Shown: in pieces, positions 26,556 to 36,033 of the stretch
Layout of the letters: each line of letters starts with the position of its first letter
Numbering within the stretch: the first letter of the stretch is position 1
Origin: Alphaproteobacteria bacterium
GTDB lineage: Bacteria > Pseudomonadota > Alphaproteobacteria > Bin95
Assembly (NCBI GenBank): GCA_026710105.1
Contig: JAPORR010000084.1
Span: forward strand, 1-56,882
DNA: 56,882 nt
Direction of reading: 5' to 3'
Made by a program: the position numbers and the translations under genes
The notes under the pieces: generated by a model
The model's input: only the letters and a program-made list of their open reading frames with translations
The model's database searches: none
Told to the model about the DNA's origin: nothing

Positions 26556-27674
26556 CTATTCGGCGTCGGGCCGGGTGCGGGCCCAGCTCTCTTTGATGAC
26601 GGTCAACAAATGGCGCTCTCGCACCGTGTCGATCGAAGCGGAAACAGTCATGCCTGCCCGCAGTGGCGGTGCACCGGACCGCTCCTGAAGTTTCAAGCGC
26701 ACCGGCAGGCGCTGCACCACCTTGACCCAGTTGCCGGTGGCGTTCTGAGGCGGCAATACAGCGAATTCGGCCCCGGTGGCTGGGCTGATGCTTTCCACGA
26801 CCGCCTGCCACAGCACATCTGGATAGGCATCAACCACGACCGTGGCCTTCTGGCCAACGCGGACATGAGTGAGTTCCGTCTCCTTGAGATTGGCCTCGAC
26901 CCAAGGTTGCCGCCCGACAATGATAGAGAATATCGGCTTGCCGGACTCCACATATTCACCGGCCTGCAATTTGACATTGCTCACAATCCCACCGGCTGCG
27001 GCGCGCACGACCGTGCGTTCAAGATCAAGTCGGGCTGCATCGCGCAGCGCTTCCTTTTCGCGATACATCGGATGGCTCTCGACCGGCGCATCAAGCGCTC
27101 CGCCGAGTTCCGCCAACACCCGGCGCATCCGTTTCCGGGCCACTTCGGCTTGTTTACGAACTACCTCTGTTCCCTGCCGGGCGACTGCCAAGTCGTGCTC
27201 GGCCGCTTCCAGCTTGACGCGGGCCGCCGCACCCCGGCGCTGCAGGTCACGCAGGCGCTGGACCTGTGTCTTGTGGTAGCGCACGGCTTCAAACGCCTCG
27301 CGCAGCTCGCCTTCCGTTACCTCTAATTCGCCTGTGGCTACATCATATTCGGCCCTGAGGCTGTGCAGCTCATCGCGCACCATGCCCAGCTCTGCTTCAG
27401 CGCGCGCTAGACGAATCTCGACCGGCACTGGATCGAGCCTGAACAGGAGATCTCCGGAACGAACCTCTTCATGGTCGCGCACGGCAACTTTGACGACCCG
27501 CCCTTCAATATCAGCGCTAACCTGGACGATATCGTTCTTCACATAGGCGTTTTCGGTCGTCACATAACGCCCGCCAGTCAGATAGGCATAGGCTCCGACC
27601 GCGATCGCGGCAAGCGGAACCACAATCAGCAGAAATAAACGAATCAAGGCCCGGCTGGTGCGGCGCAAACTCAT
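26556..27674 (-). CDS. HlyD/EmrA-family membrane fusion protein
   Basis: 372 aa with an N-terminal TM segment 'LIRLFLLIVVPLAAIAVGAYAY', long coiled-coil and barrel-sandwich segments. Overlaps the marR stop by 4 nt. Confidence 0.9.
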   Translation of the reverse strand: MSLRRTSRALIRLFLLIVVPLAAIAVGAYAYLTGGRYVTTENAYVKNDIVQVSADIEGRVVKVAVRDHEEVRSGDLLFRLDPVPVEIRLARAEAELGMVRDELHSLRAEYDVATGELEVTEGELREAFEAVRYHKTQVQRLRDLQRRGAAARVKLEAAEHDLAVARQGTEVVRKQAEVARKRMRRVLAELGGALDAPVESHPMYREKEALRDAARLDLERTVVRAAAGGIVSNVKLQAGEYVESGKPIFSIIVGRQPWVEANLKETELTHVRVGQKATVVVDAYPDVLWQAVVESISPATGAEFAVLPPQNATGNWVKVVQRLPVRLKLQERSGAPPLRAGMTVSASIDTVRERHLLTVIKESWARTRPDAE

Positions 27675-28150
27675 TGGGTCACCATCTGTCGGTCCACCGC
27701 ACTGGCGGCCTGATTCTTGTTCTGGAGCATTTCCTGCAAACGAGCTTTGACTGTAATCAGCAATTCTACAGCCTTATCGCGCTCGGTTTCGTCCAGGTCG
27801 CTCAGGGCTTCCAGAATTGTCTGGCGGGCGATCCGGCGCATGGTGCGCTCAATCGCCTCGGCTTCTGGCGTCAGATGGATGCGTTTGACGCGACGGTCCG
27901 CCGGGTCTGATTCCCGCACCACGAAACCATTATCCTCAAGTCGGTCGATCAAGCGGCCTGCGGACCCCTTCTCCATCTCCATGGTCTCAGCCAATTCTGA
28001 CTGCGTGCAGCCGGGCTGACGGTAAATACGGGTGAGCGCCAGCCACTGCGAGCGCGTAAGACCGAAATCCCGCACCCGCCGGTCGAATTCGGTGCGCAGC
28101 AAACGGGCAACATCAGAGACCAGAAAGCCGAAATAGCGTTCGTCTTCCAT
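27671..28150 (-). CDS. MarR-family transcriptional regulator
   Basis: 159 aa with the winged helix 'LTRSQWLALTRI...QSELAETMEMEKGSAGRLIDRLEDNGFVVRESDPADRR'. Confidence 0.9.
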   Translation of the reverse strand: MEDERYFGFLVSDVARLLRTEFDRRVRDFGLTRSQWLALTRIYRQPGCTQSELAETMEMEKGSAGRLIDRLEDNGFVVRESDPADRRVKRIHLTPEAEAIERTMRRIARQTILEALSDLDETERDKAVELLITVKARLQEMLQNKNQAASAVDRQMVTQ

Positions 28151-28263
28151 GTGCGGCGAGAGCCTTGAATTTAGTTACCTAGAATATCTTATGCTAAAAG
28201 ATCGTCGTCAAGGCAACAAAATCAAGACATCAATTCAAAATGCGCATTCCGAAACCATAAACC

Positions 28264-29217
28264 TCACGCGCCGCCGCAGGCGCCGCCGCCAAGCACGCAG
28301 AACTTAGCACAATGCACATGGTTGAGGGGCACGGGGCCCGTCGCTTCGGACAGCGTCTCACCGAGCTCGAAGCGCGGGTCGTAAGGCAAGAGGGTGCAGG
28401 CGATGACAACCGGTCTAACCGCGCCCTGACGTTTCACGACCATCCGTGAAGATGAGCACATGATGTCGGAAGATGATTTGCCAAGTGCGGCCCAGCAAGC
28501 AGAGCTGATCTCCGGCACAGAGGCACTTGCATCCATTTCCGGGAAAAGCGTCAATTCGATTGGGTCGTCGGCATTGCAGGCCAGACCCAGCTGAGCGAAG
28601 AGGCGTGCATAGCCCGCGCGCGCAGAGGCTTCGTCCTCTTCCCAGCACGTTCGACCTGCGACTTCTGGTCTGAAACCGTTTTCGTCAAGCCAGTGCAATC
28701 CGGCCAGAGTCAACGCCCAGCTGTGCGCGCCGCGTTCCATTTCATGCAGGGTCTCGGTATAGTGGTCCAAGGAGACTCGGATCCGGAGCCTTGCGCCATG
28801 GCGGGCTCGGAGTCCCAGAAGCGCTTCGCAATGCCGCGTCATCGGGCGCATGGCATTGGTCAGTGTCAGGGTCTCGAAGCCGCGCTCGAGCGCCTCTGCC
28901 AGCATTGCTATGAAATCGGGATTCATGAACGGCTCGCCACCGGTAAAGCCAATTACCCGAACGCCGCCACCCATATGGGCGATTTCATCAAAATATGCCG
29001 TAACCTCGTCGGTCCGGATATAGGCGAGTCGGTCGTTGTGGGGGCTCGATTCGATATAGCAGTTGCGGCAGGCGAGGTTGCAGAGCGTGCCGGTATTGAT
29101 CCACAGCGTTTCCAGCCTGTGCAGCGCGACGCTGGCGCGGCGGCTACCGTCTGCGGTGAACTCAGGGTCCTGGAATTTTCCACCGGCCGTTACAGCTAGC
29201 GGCGCCGAATTCGGCAT
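28264..29217 (-). CDS. radical SAM protein with additional C-terminal Cys cluster
   Basis: 'CNLACRNCY' CxxxCxxC motif. C-terminal 'CWAAL...MCSSS...IACT...HCAKFCVLGGGACGG'. Confidence 0.85.
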   Translation of the reverse strand: MPNSAPLAVTAGGKFQDPEFTADGSRRASVALHRLETLWINTGTLCNLACRNCYIESSPHNDRLAYIRTDEVTAYFDEIAHMGGGVRVIGFTGGEPFMNPDFIAMLAEALERGFETLTLTNAMRPMTRHCEALLGLRARHGARLRIRVSLDHYTETLHEMERGAHSWALTLAGLHWLDENGFRPEVAGRTCWEEDEASARAGYARLFAQLGLACNADDPIELTLFPEMDASASVPEISSACWAALGKSSSDIMCSSSRMVVKRQGAVRPVVIACTLLPYDPRFELGETLSEATGPVPLNHVHCAKFCVLGGGACGGA

Positions 29218-29360
29218 GAATGCCTCCCGCTACATCAATGCCGGCGTTATAGAAGACTAGTCGTCGTCCAGTCCAGTTTGGCTATGCTTCAATCGTTCAC
29301 CTTGCGTCGTTGCGCCCGATTTCTATGGTACGCCATCCGATACAAGGAGGAGTTACAGGC

Positions 29361-29843
29361 ATGACAATTACCCAAGGAGACAAGGTCCCAGCGGTGACCT
29401 TGAAGGAGATGACCGGCAGCGGGCCGCAAAGCGTCGAGACCGCAGACCTGTTTGGTGGCAAAAAGGTAGTCGCCTTCTGCGTGCCGGGCGCTTTTACCCC
29501 CACCTGTTCGGCCAAACACTTGCCGGGGTTCGTGCAGAAGGCTGATGCCATCCGCGCGAAAGGGGTGGACGATGTCGTTTGCCTTGCGATCAACGACCCC
29601 TTCGTCGTGGGTGCCTGGGGTGACCAGCAAGGTGCTGCCGGCAAGATCCGGATGCTCGCGGACGGCAGCGGCGACCTCGCGAAGGCCATGGGTGTAGAGC
29701 TGGATCTGAGCGCGCTTGGGCTCGGCATGCGTGCACGCCGCTATTCGATGATTGTCGAGGACGGCACGGTGACACGGTTGAACCTGGAGGATGGCGTTGG
29801 GTTCGAGGTTTCCAGTGCCGAGAAGATACTCGAACAGCTTTAG
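29361..29843 (+). CDS. peroxiredoxin, Prx5 subfamily
   Basis: 'PGAFTPTCS' peroxidatic-Cys motif. Start at ATG 29361 with an AAGGAGG Shine-Dalgarno. Confidence 0.92.
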   Translation: MTITQGDKVPAVTLKEMTGSGPQSVETADLFGGKKVVAFCVPGAFTPTCSAKHLPGFVQKADAIRAKGVDDVVCLAINDPFVVGAWGDQQGAAGKIRMLADGSGDLAKAMGVELDLSALGLGMRARRYSMIVEDGTVTRLNLEDGVGFEVSSAEKILEQL

Positions 29844-30283
29844 CGTTCTTCGCCCTCGCGCTCGGCCTGGCGACGCGCGAGGGTATCAACGCGCTCGTTT
29901 TCGGGGTGGCCGGCATGGCCGCGGACCCAGATCCACTCGATCTGATGACAGGCTGCCACCATGTCTAGCCGCTGCCAGAGGTCGATATTTTTCACGGGCT
30001 TCTTCGCTGCAGTGCGCCAGCCGTTGCCTTTCCAGACCGCCAGCCAGGATTGGATGCCGTCCATGACATAGCGGCTGTCCGTGGTCAGCTGCACGGAGCA
30101 GGGCCGGGTGAGGGCTTCGAGGCCGGCAATGGCAGCCATCAATTCCATGCGGTTGTTAGTCGTGTGCCGGGCGCCGCCAGCCAGTTCCGATTCATGCGTG
30201 CCATAGCGTAGCAGCACCGCCCAACCGCCGGGGCCCGGATTACCGAGGCAGGCGCCGTCAGTGAATATTTCGACTCCGGTCAT
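29840..30283 (-). CDS. rnhA: ribonuclease HI
   Basis: '[19 protein letters not shown]' and 'TNNRMELMA'. Start at ATG 30283, overlapping the thrB stop by 4 nt. Confidence 0.93.
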   Translation of the reverse strand: MTGVEIFTDGACLGNPGPGGWAVLLRYGTHESELAGGARHTTNNRMELMAAIAGLEALTRPCSVQLTTDSRYVMDGIQSWLAVWKGNGWRTAAKKPVKNIDLWQRLDMVAACHQIEWIWVRGHAGHPENERVDTLARRQAEREGEER

Positions 30284-31197
30284 GATAGACCGTCCAGCTT
30301 GCGCAGATATTCGAGCGGATCCTTGAGAGTCATCACCGCAGCGGGCGCCGGATAGAGCCAATCATAAAGCCGGGTTAGCAGGAATCGTAATGCCGCACCG
30401 CGCCTGAGCACTGGCAATGCCAGCGACTCGGCGGCTTCAAGCGGCCGGATGGCTTCGTAGCCCTTTTCCACCTCCACGGCGGCAGCGGCGTCGAAACGCC
30501 CTTCTGGGTCCATCACCCACGCGACCTGCGTAATGGCGAGATCGTAGGCAAAGGCATCCGTGCACGCAAAATAGAAGTCATATATTCCCGATATGAGGCC
30601 CTTGCGGAACACCGCATTGTCGGGAAACAGGTCGGCATGGATGGCACCAGAGGGCAGCCCCTCGGGCCAGGTCGCGGACAAGTCCGTCAACGTATCGGCA
30701 ATGCGTTCGGCCAAGCCGGGAACCAAGTCGTCGGCGCGACAGGATGTCTGCGCAGCTAGGTGGTGCCAACCTTCCAGACCCAGGTCGTTGATCCGCGTCG
30801 ACGGGAAACCGGTTCCCGCCAGGTGGAGCCGGGCCAGCGCTTCCCCTATGGCCCGGAACGCGCTCGGATCCTGTTCTCCTTCGAGGAATGTCACAATGAG
30901 CGCTGTTCGACCAGCCAATGGCGTCAGGCTGACGCCATTGATACGGCGAATTGGCACAGGGCAGGGAATGTCACGAGCGGATAGGTAGTCCATCAGATCT
31001 ACGAAAAACATTAGATTCGCCTGGTCGAGGCGGTTTTCGAACAGGGTCAACACATAGCGCCCCGAAGAGGCTTCAAGCAGATAATTTGTGTTGTCGATTC
31101 CCTCCGGTATAGGCTCGAAGCGCTGCAGGCTACCCAGCCGATACCCGGCTAAGAAACGTTCCAGCGCGTCTTCGCCTACCGGCGTATAGACGGCCAT
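30280..31197 (-). CDS. thrB: homoserine kinase, type II (APH-fold)
   Basis: 305 aa with '[24 protein letters not shown]' and '[19 protein letters not shown]'. Confidence 0.9.
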   Translation of the reverse strand: MAVYTPVGEDALERFLAGYRLGSLQRFEPIPEGIDNTNYLLEASSGRYVLTLFENRLDQANLMFFVDLMDYLSARDIPCPVPIRRINGVSLTPLAGRTALIVTFLEGEQDPSAFRAIGEALARLHLAGTGFPSTRINDLGLEGWHHLAAQTSCRADDLVPGLAERIADTLTDLSATWPEGLPSGAIHADLFPDNAVFRKGLISGIYDFYFACTDAFAYDLAITQVAWVMDPEGRFDAAAAVEVEKGYEAIRPLEAAESLALPVLRRGAALRFLLTRLYDWLYPAPAAVMTLKDPLEYLRKLDGLS

Positions 31198-31203
31198 TAG
31201 AAG

Positions 31204-32154
31204 TTAGACCGCGAGCTCCCGCGGCAGTTTGAATTTCACGGTTTCGAGCGTGTCGATCCAATTTTCGAGCGTCACATCGAAGTGTTCCCGACAAGCTTGA
31301 ACCACGTCTTCGACCAGCGCTTCCGGTGCCGATGCGCCTGCGGTGATTGCCAATATCCGAGTATCTGCCAACGCATCCCAGTCGATTTCTGCCACGCCGT
31401 CTGCGAGAAGAGCGCGCGAACAGCCAGCTGCCTTCGCGACCTCGACCAGCCGGTTGGAATTCGAGGAGTTCTGTGAGCCAATCACGATGACAGCGTCCGC
31501 GCCAGGTACAGCGGCCTTGATCGCAGCCTGGCGATTGGTCGTGGCGTAGCAGATGTCCTCCCGCTTGGGTTCATGCATATCAGGAAACCGCAAGCGCAGC
31601 GCTCCAATGATATCCGCGGTATCGTCCACCGACAGTGTGGTCTGGGTGACATAGGAAAGTTCGCGCCCTGGCGGTGGTTCCACCTGCTGCGCGTCCTCGA
31701 CAGTCTGGATCAATGCGATCGCGCCGGGCGGCAACTGGCCTATCGTGCCCACGACCTCCGGATGGCCGTCATGTCCGATCAGGAAGATATGCCGTTTTGC
31801 TGCGAAATGTCGCTCCGCCTCTCGGTGGATCTTGCTGACCAGCGGGCAAGTGGCGTCGATATAGTGTAGTTCGCGCCGTCCGGCTTCCTCCGGGACGGAC
31901 TTCGGCACACCGTGCGCCGAGAAAATGACAGGTGCATCGTCCGGCACCTCGTCGAGTTCCTCGACGAAAACGGCGCCCTTTTCCTCCAGTGTCTTTACAA
32001 CGAAACGGTTATGGACGATTTCGTGGCGCACATAGACAGGCGCGCCGTAACGTTCCAACGCCGCTTCGACAATCCGGATCGCGCGGACAACGCCGGCGCA
32101 AAAGCCACGTGGCCCGACAAGTCGAATCGTGAGTGGTGGTTTCTCGCTTGTCAT
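31204..32154 (-). CDS. ispH: 4-hydroxy-3-methylbut-2-enyl diphosphate reductase
   Basis: 316 aa with '[12 protein letters not shown]', 'VRHEIVHN' and 'DATCPLV'. Confidence 0.96.
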   Translation of the reverse strand: MTSEKPPLTIRLVGPRGFCAGVVRAIRIVEAALERYGAPVYVRHEIVHNRFVVKTLEEKGAVFVEELDEVPDDAPVIFSAHGVPKSVPEEAGRRELHYIDATCPLVSKIHREAERHFAAKRHIFLIGHDGHPEVVGTIGQLPPGAIALIQTVEDAQQVEPPPGRELSYVTQTTLSVDDTADIIGALRLRFPDMHEPKREDICYATTNRQAAIKAAVPGADAVIVIGSQNSSNSNRLVEVAKAAGCSRALLADGVAEIDWDALADTRILAITAGASAPEALVEDVVQACREHFDVTLENWIDTLETVKFKLPRELAV

Positions 32155-32229
32155 TGTGTGTGCCTCCGGTCCGCTCTAGGGTCCGTTAAGTGCATGGCGC
32201 ATGACTGAATTTAGTGCAGAGGGCAGTAA

Positions 32230-32754
32230 ATGGCGAGGAGATTTGTAGCCGGGGCCGCAACGTCGGTGGCGGCGCTTTCTTTGTTGACGGCTTGTTCTGG
32301 TATAGGCGGATCGTCGCCCACCTGTCCGACAGTCGGTGTGGTCCAGGGTGCTGGGCAATTGACAAGATTTGTAGGCAGCGACCTGACAGATGTCGAGTTT
32401 GAAGCACAAGTCGGCAATCTCGTGGCGGAGTGTGAATTCGACAGCGATTCACGGACAGGCTCGATTGATCTCGATATCATGTTCCGTACTCAGCGCGGCC
32501 CCGCAAGTGCCGCCACCGAGCATGAATTCGGCTATTTCGTCGCCGTAGTCGATCCCGAGGGCGATGTGGCGGCACGAACTCCGTTTTCAGTGCGGGTCGC
32601 ATTTGACGGAAATCGGACAGAAGTGGCGAAGCCGGAACGCCTGGCCCTGGACATTCCGGTTAGGGAAAACACCTCCCTGCGCGCTTACCGCATCTATGTC
32701 GGAATGCAGCTGACGAAGACACAATTCGACTACAACCTCAACGGTCGCCGTTAG
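32230..32754 (+). CDS. hypothetical lipoprotein
   Basis: Lipobox 'LSLLTAC' at the end of an N-terminal signal sequence. 174 aa. Confidence 0.75.
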   Translation: MARRFVAGAATSVAALSLLTACSGIGGSSPTCPTVGVVQGAGQLTRFVGSDLTDVEFEAQVGNLVAECEFDSDSRTGSIDLDIMFRTQRGPASAATEHEFGYFVAVVDPEGDVAARTPFSVRVAFDGNRTEVAKPERLALDIPVRENTSLRAYRIYVGMQLTKTQFDYNLNGRR

Positions 32755-32904
32755 GCCCCAAACCAGCCAACGTCGGCCTGGGTGATAGCCCCTTTGCCGG
32801 CGCGGCCTCGTGGCGCGCGGCCAGTCCGCAAGTGGCGCCATCGTCGAGCGCGTGGCCCTGGGCGATTCGCAGGCCGCGCGGTATACCGCCCTGAGATGCC
32901 AGTG

Positions 32905-33416
32905 TCATGTCCCGCAAATACGCGCAGATAGACGCTCAAGTTTGCCGAAGATCGACTCCACTGTCGTGGCCCAGACGAAAGGGGAGGTATTGTGGTTCGC
33001 GATGAATACCTCGATCATCTTGACCAGTTGAGCGACGCTGTCGACGCGCTTGATAGCCCGTTGGCTGATGAGGCCAAACCAGCGCTCCACCTGGTGCAGC
33101 CAGAAAGCAGAAGTGGGCGTGACGTGAAGATAGGAGCATAGTCTCTTGGCGAGCGACGACCTTGGGATGCTTGTGGGTCGCATAGTTGTCCAGAACGAGA
33201 GGGAGGTGGTGTTTCCTTGTCGATGATCCGCGGGAAGGAGAGAAACTCCTGGTGGCGTTTGGAGCATTTGCCGATCACCTTGCCACGTCGGCGAACAGCG
33301 TGGTGGTTCCGTGCTGGATGTCGTCATGGATATAACTTTCGACATAGCCGAACCCCATCGGCAAGGTGGGTGCGATTGAGGGCCTGAATCTGGCCCTTCT
33401 CATCGGCACACAACAC
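32905..33416 (-). mobile_element. degraded IS630-family transposase gene (N-terminally truncated, frame-shifted)
   Basis: The C-terminal ORF reads '...HVTPTSAFWLHQVERWFGLISQRAIKR...PFVWATTVESIFGKLERL'. Upstream fragments in other frames read 'VLCADEKGQIQAL' and 'LVLDNYATHKHPKV'. The HTH part is absent. Confidence 0.75.
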
Positions 33417-33433
33417 GTAGTTCTACGTACAAA

Positions 33434-35956
33434 CTATCCAGTGATCCCGAACCGACTGAGCACGAAGGCGTAGAGTTCCGCAAGTTCATCCAGCGCCTCG
33501 AAGCGGCCGGAAGCACCGCCATGCCCAGCAGTCATGTTCGTGCGCAGCAGCAGCAGCGGTTCACCTTCAGCCGTCTCGCGGAGTGCGGCGATCCATTTCG
33601 CCGGTTCCCAGTAGGTGACGCGCGGATCTGAGATACCGGCCGTTGCAAAAATATCGGGGTAGGGCGCCACTGCGACATTTTCGTAAGGGCTGTAGGCGGC
33701 GATTCGCCAAAACGCCTCCTCGTCCTCTATCGGATTCCCCCATTCCGGCCACTCTGGGGGGGTGAGCGGTAGGTCGGGGTCCGACATGGTGTTTAGCACA
33801 TCGACGAAAGGCACTTCGGCAAGTACGGCCCGGAAAAGCTCCGGCGCCCGATTAGCCGCTGCACCAACAAGCAATCCTCCGGCGCTGCCGCCATGGGCGA
33901 CGATGCCGCTTGCATAGCCCTCGGCTGTCAAGTGGCGGCCGGCCGCGATGAAATCGTTGAAGCTGTTGTTCTTGTCAGCCAACTTACCGGCGCGGTACCA
34001 ACGATAGCCACAGTCGGTCCCGCCCCTGATATGGGCGATGGCGTAAACGAATCCCCGATCCACGAGGCTTAGCCTCGAAGTCGAGAAACCAGCAGGGATC
34101 GAAATACCATAGGCGCCGTAGCCATAAAGAAGGCAGGGCGGCGGGAACGAAAAATCGAGGTCTGCACGATAGAGCAGGGTCACCGGCACCGCTTCGCCGT
34201 CATCTGCTGTCGCCGTCAGTCGCCGCGTCCGGTAGTCTCCAGGAGCATGACCACTTGGCACTTCCTGCTTGTGCACCAGTTGGTGCGTCCGCTCGACCAT
34301 ATCGTAGTCATAGACATGCGTCGGGGTCGTCGGCGAGGCATAAGTGAAGCGCAGGGTATCGGTGGCATATTCAAAACCGGGCAGGATGCCGAGCGAATAC
34401 GCTTCCTCATCGAAGATGATGGCGTGTTCCTCGCCCGAGGCAACCGCGCGTACCACGATACGCGGCAAGCCGTCTTCGCGCTCCAGGCGCACAATCCAGT
34501 CCTGGAACAGCAGCATTTGTAGAATAAGCCGCCCTGGCTTGTGAGGCACCAGGTCTTCCCAGGCTCCGGGATCTGGTGCGTCGAGCGAGGCAGCGGCGAT
34601 GCGGAAATCCTCGGCCCCGCGGTCATTGGTGAGGATCAGCAACCGGCCCCCCAAGTCTGCCAGCGCATACTCTACATCGGGGCGCCGCGCAGCCACCATG
34701 CGCGGCGGGTCTTCGGGCCGGTCGGCATCGATCAGCCGGATTTCCCCGCTCGTGTGGTCGTGGGAATCGAGCAGGATGAACCGCCCGCTCTCGGTTTTGT
34801 TGACTCCCAGGAAAAACCCGGGGTCGGGTTCCTCGTAAACGAGAGTCGGCGTTCCTCCGAGGCAGCAGCGATAGACCCAGCGGGGCCGTGCTTTGTCGTC
34901 GCGGGTAGTGTAGAAGACAGTCCGGCTGTCATTGGACCAGGCGAGCGGGCCTGCTGTCCGTTCGACCCGATCTTCAAGAACCACGCCAGTATGAGCGTCT
35001 CGGAAGGCGAGTGTATAGTCCTCGGAACCCGATAGATCGACCGTATAGGCGATCAGCCTGTGATCTGGGCTGTGGATGCAGGCAGCGATGCGACAATAGG
35101 GTTGGCCCTTTGCCAGCAGGTTGCCGTCGAGCAGCACCGTCTCTTCGCCTTCACTGTCCTGTCGACAGAACAGCGGGTGCTCACCGCCAGTCACGAAGCG
35201 GGTGTAGTAGGAAAACGGCCCGTCGGGTGCCGGCGCCGTTATGTCGGCCTCCTTGATTCGGCGTCGCATTTCTTCCTTGAGGCGCTCCTGAAGGCCCCGC
35301 AGCGGCGCCATGACCGCCTGGACATAGTCGTTTTCCGCTTCCAGATGCCGCCGGATGTCGTCCGGCAGAACAGAAGGGTCACGCATCGCTTCCTGCCAGT
35401 TGCTGGCCCGGAGCCAGGCATAGGGATCCATGCGTTCTTGGCCGTGCTGATTGATTCTGTGCGGCCGTCGTTCCGGACGCGGCGGACTTGCAGCGTTTCC
35501 TCTCTCACTGATCCGAGTGAAGGCCGACAATGTTTCCTCGCTCACATGGTGCTCAATGCCTTCCGCGTCACGCCTCGCAGTCTCGTCGCTGACACCGATG
35601 GTCTTCAGGAAATCGAGCACGATCTGATGGCGCCGCCGGGAGCGGAGCGCCATCTGGCGGCCCTTTCCGGTGAGGAAGATCGAGCGGTAGGGGCGGGTCG
35701 TCACTAGCCCATCACGCTGTAGGCGGGCGATCGTCTTACTCGCTGTCATGTGGGTCACGCCCATACGGCGCGCGATCTCGACCAGACGTGCCTCGCCATT
35801 CGCCTCGATCAGGTCGTCGATCAGCTCGACATAATCTTCGGCCAACTCCTTGCGCCGCGCCCGCCGGGTGTGGCTGAAGACGGCAGCCTGCCGCTCGGCG
35901 TCCTCCAGCGTCTCGTCGGCATCGTCGCGGTCATCGTCGTGCCGGTCGCTCATCAC
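33434..35956 (-). CDS. in-frame fusion of a DtxR/MntR-type metalloregulator and oligopeptidase B (S9 prolyl-oligopeptidase family)
   Basis: Residues ~35-150 are MntR-like ('AEDYVELI', 'RRHQIVLDFL', 'AEGIEHHVS'). From 'PHRINQHGQERMDPYAWLR' onward the protein is PtrB-like, with 'GGSAGGLLVG' as the nucleophile elbow. There is no stop between the two parts. Confidence 0.85.
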   Translation of the reverse strand: MMSDRHDDDRDDADETLEDAERQAAVFSHTRRARRKELAEDYVELIDDLIEANGEARLVEIARRMGVTHMTASKTIARLQRDGLVTTRPYRSIFLTGKGRQMALRSRRRHQIVLDFLKTIGVSDETARRDAEGIEHHVSEETLSAFTRISERGNAASPPRPERRPHRINQHGQERMDPYAWLRASNWQEAMRDPSVLPDDIRRHLEAENDYVQAVMAPLRGLQERLKEEMRRRIKEADITAPAPDGPFSYYTRFVTGGEHPLFCRQDSEGEETVLLDGNLLAKGQPYCRIAACIHSPDHRLIAYTVDLSGSEDYTLAFRDAHTGVVLEDRVERTAGPLAWSNDSRTVFYTTRDDKARPRWVYRCCLGGTPTLVYEEPDPGFFLGVNKTESGRFILLDSHDHTSGEIRLIDADRPEDPPRMVAARRPDVEYALADLGGRLLILTNDRGAEDFRIAAASLDAPDPGAWEDLVPHKPGRLILQMLLFQDWIVRLEREDGLPRIVVRAVASGEEHAIIFDEEAYSLGILPGFEYATDTLRFTYASPTTPTHVYDYDMVERTHQLVHKQEVPSGHAPGDYRTRRLTATADDGEAVPVTLLYRADLDFSFPPPCLLYGYGAYGISIPAGFSTSRLSLVDRGFVYAIAHIRGGTDCGYRWYRAGKLADKNNSFNDFIAAGRHLTAEGYASGIVAHGGSAGGLLVGAAANRAPELFRAVLAEVPFVDVLNTMSDPDLPLTPPEWPEWGNPIEDEEAFWRIAAYSPYENVAVAPYPDIFATAGISDPRVTYWEPAKWIAALRETAEGEPLLLLRTNMTAGHGGASGRFEALDELAELYAFVLSRFGITG

Positions 35957-36033
35957 GCGCCACCTATGACGGATGCGCAGGCTCTGGGCAAGGGAGTCTC
36001 CCGATTACCGGGCAGCGGCATCTCTTCGTGGGT

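Noticed and set aside
28151-28263. AT-rich region upstream of marR as a palindromic MarR operator (TTAGTTACCTAGAATATCTTATGCTAA)
   Set aside because: Only the outer TTAG/CTAA bases are symmetric. It is probably just the promoter region, and no convincing operator palindrome is present.
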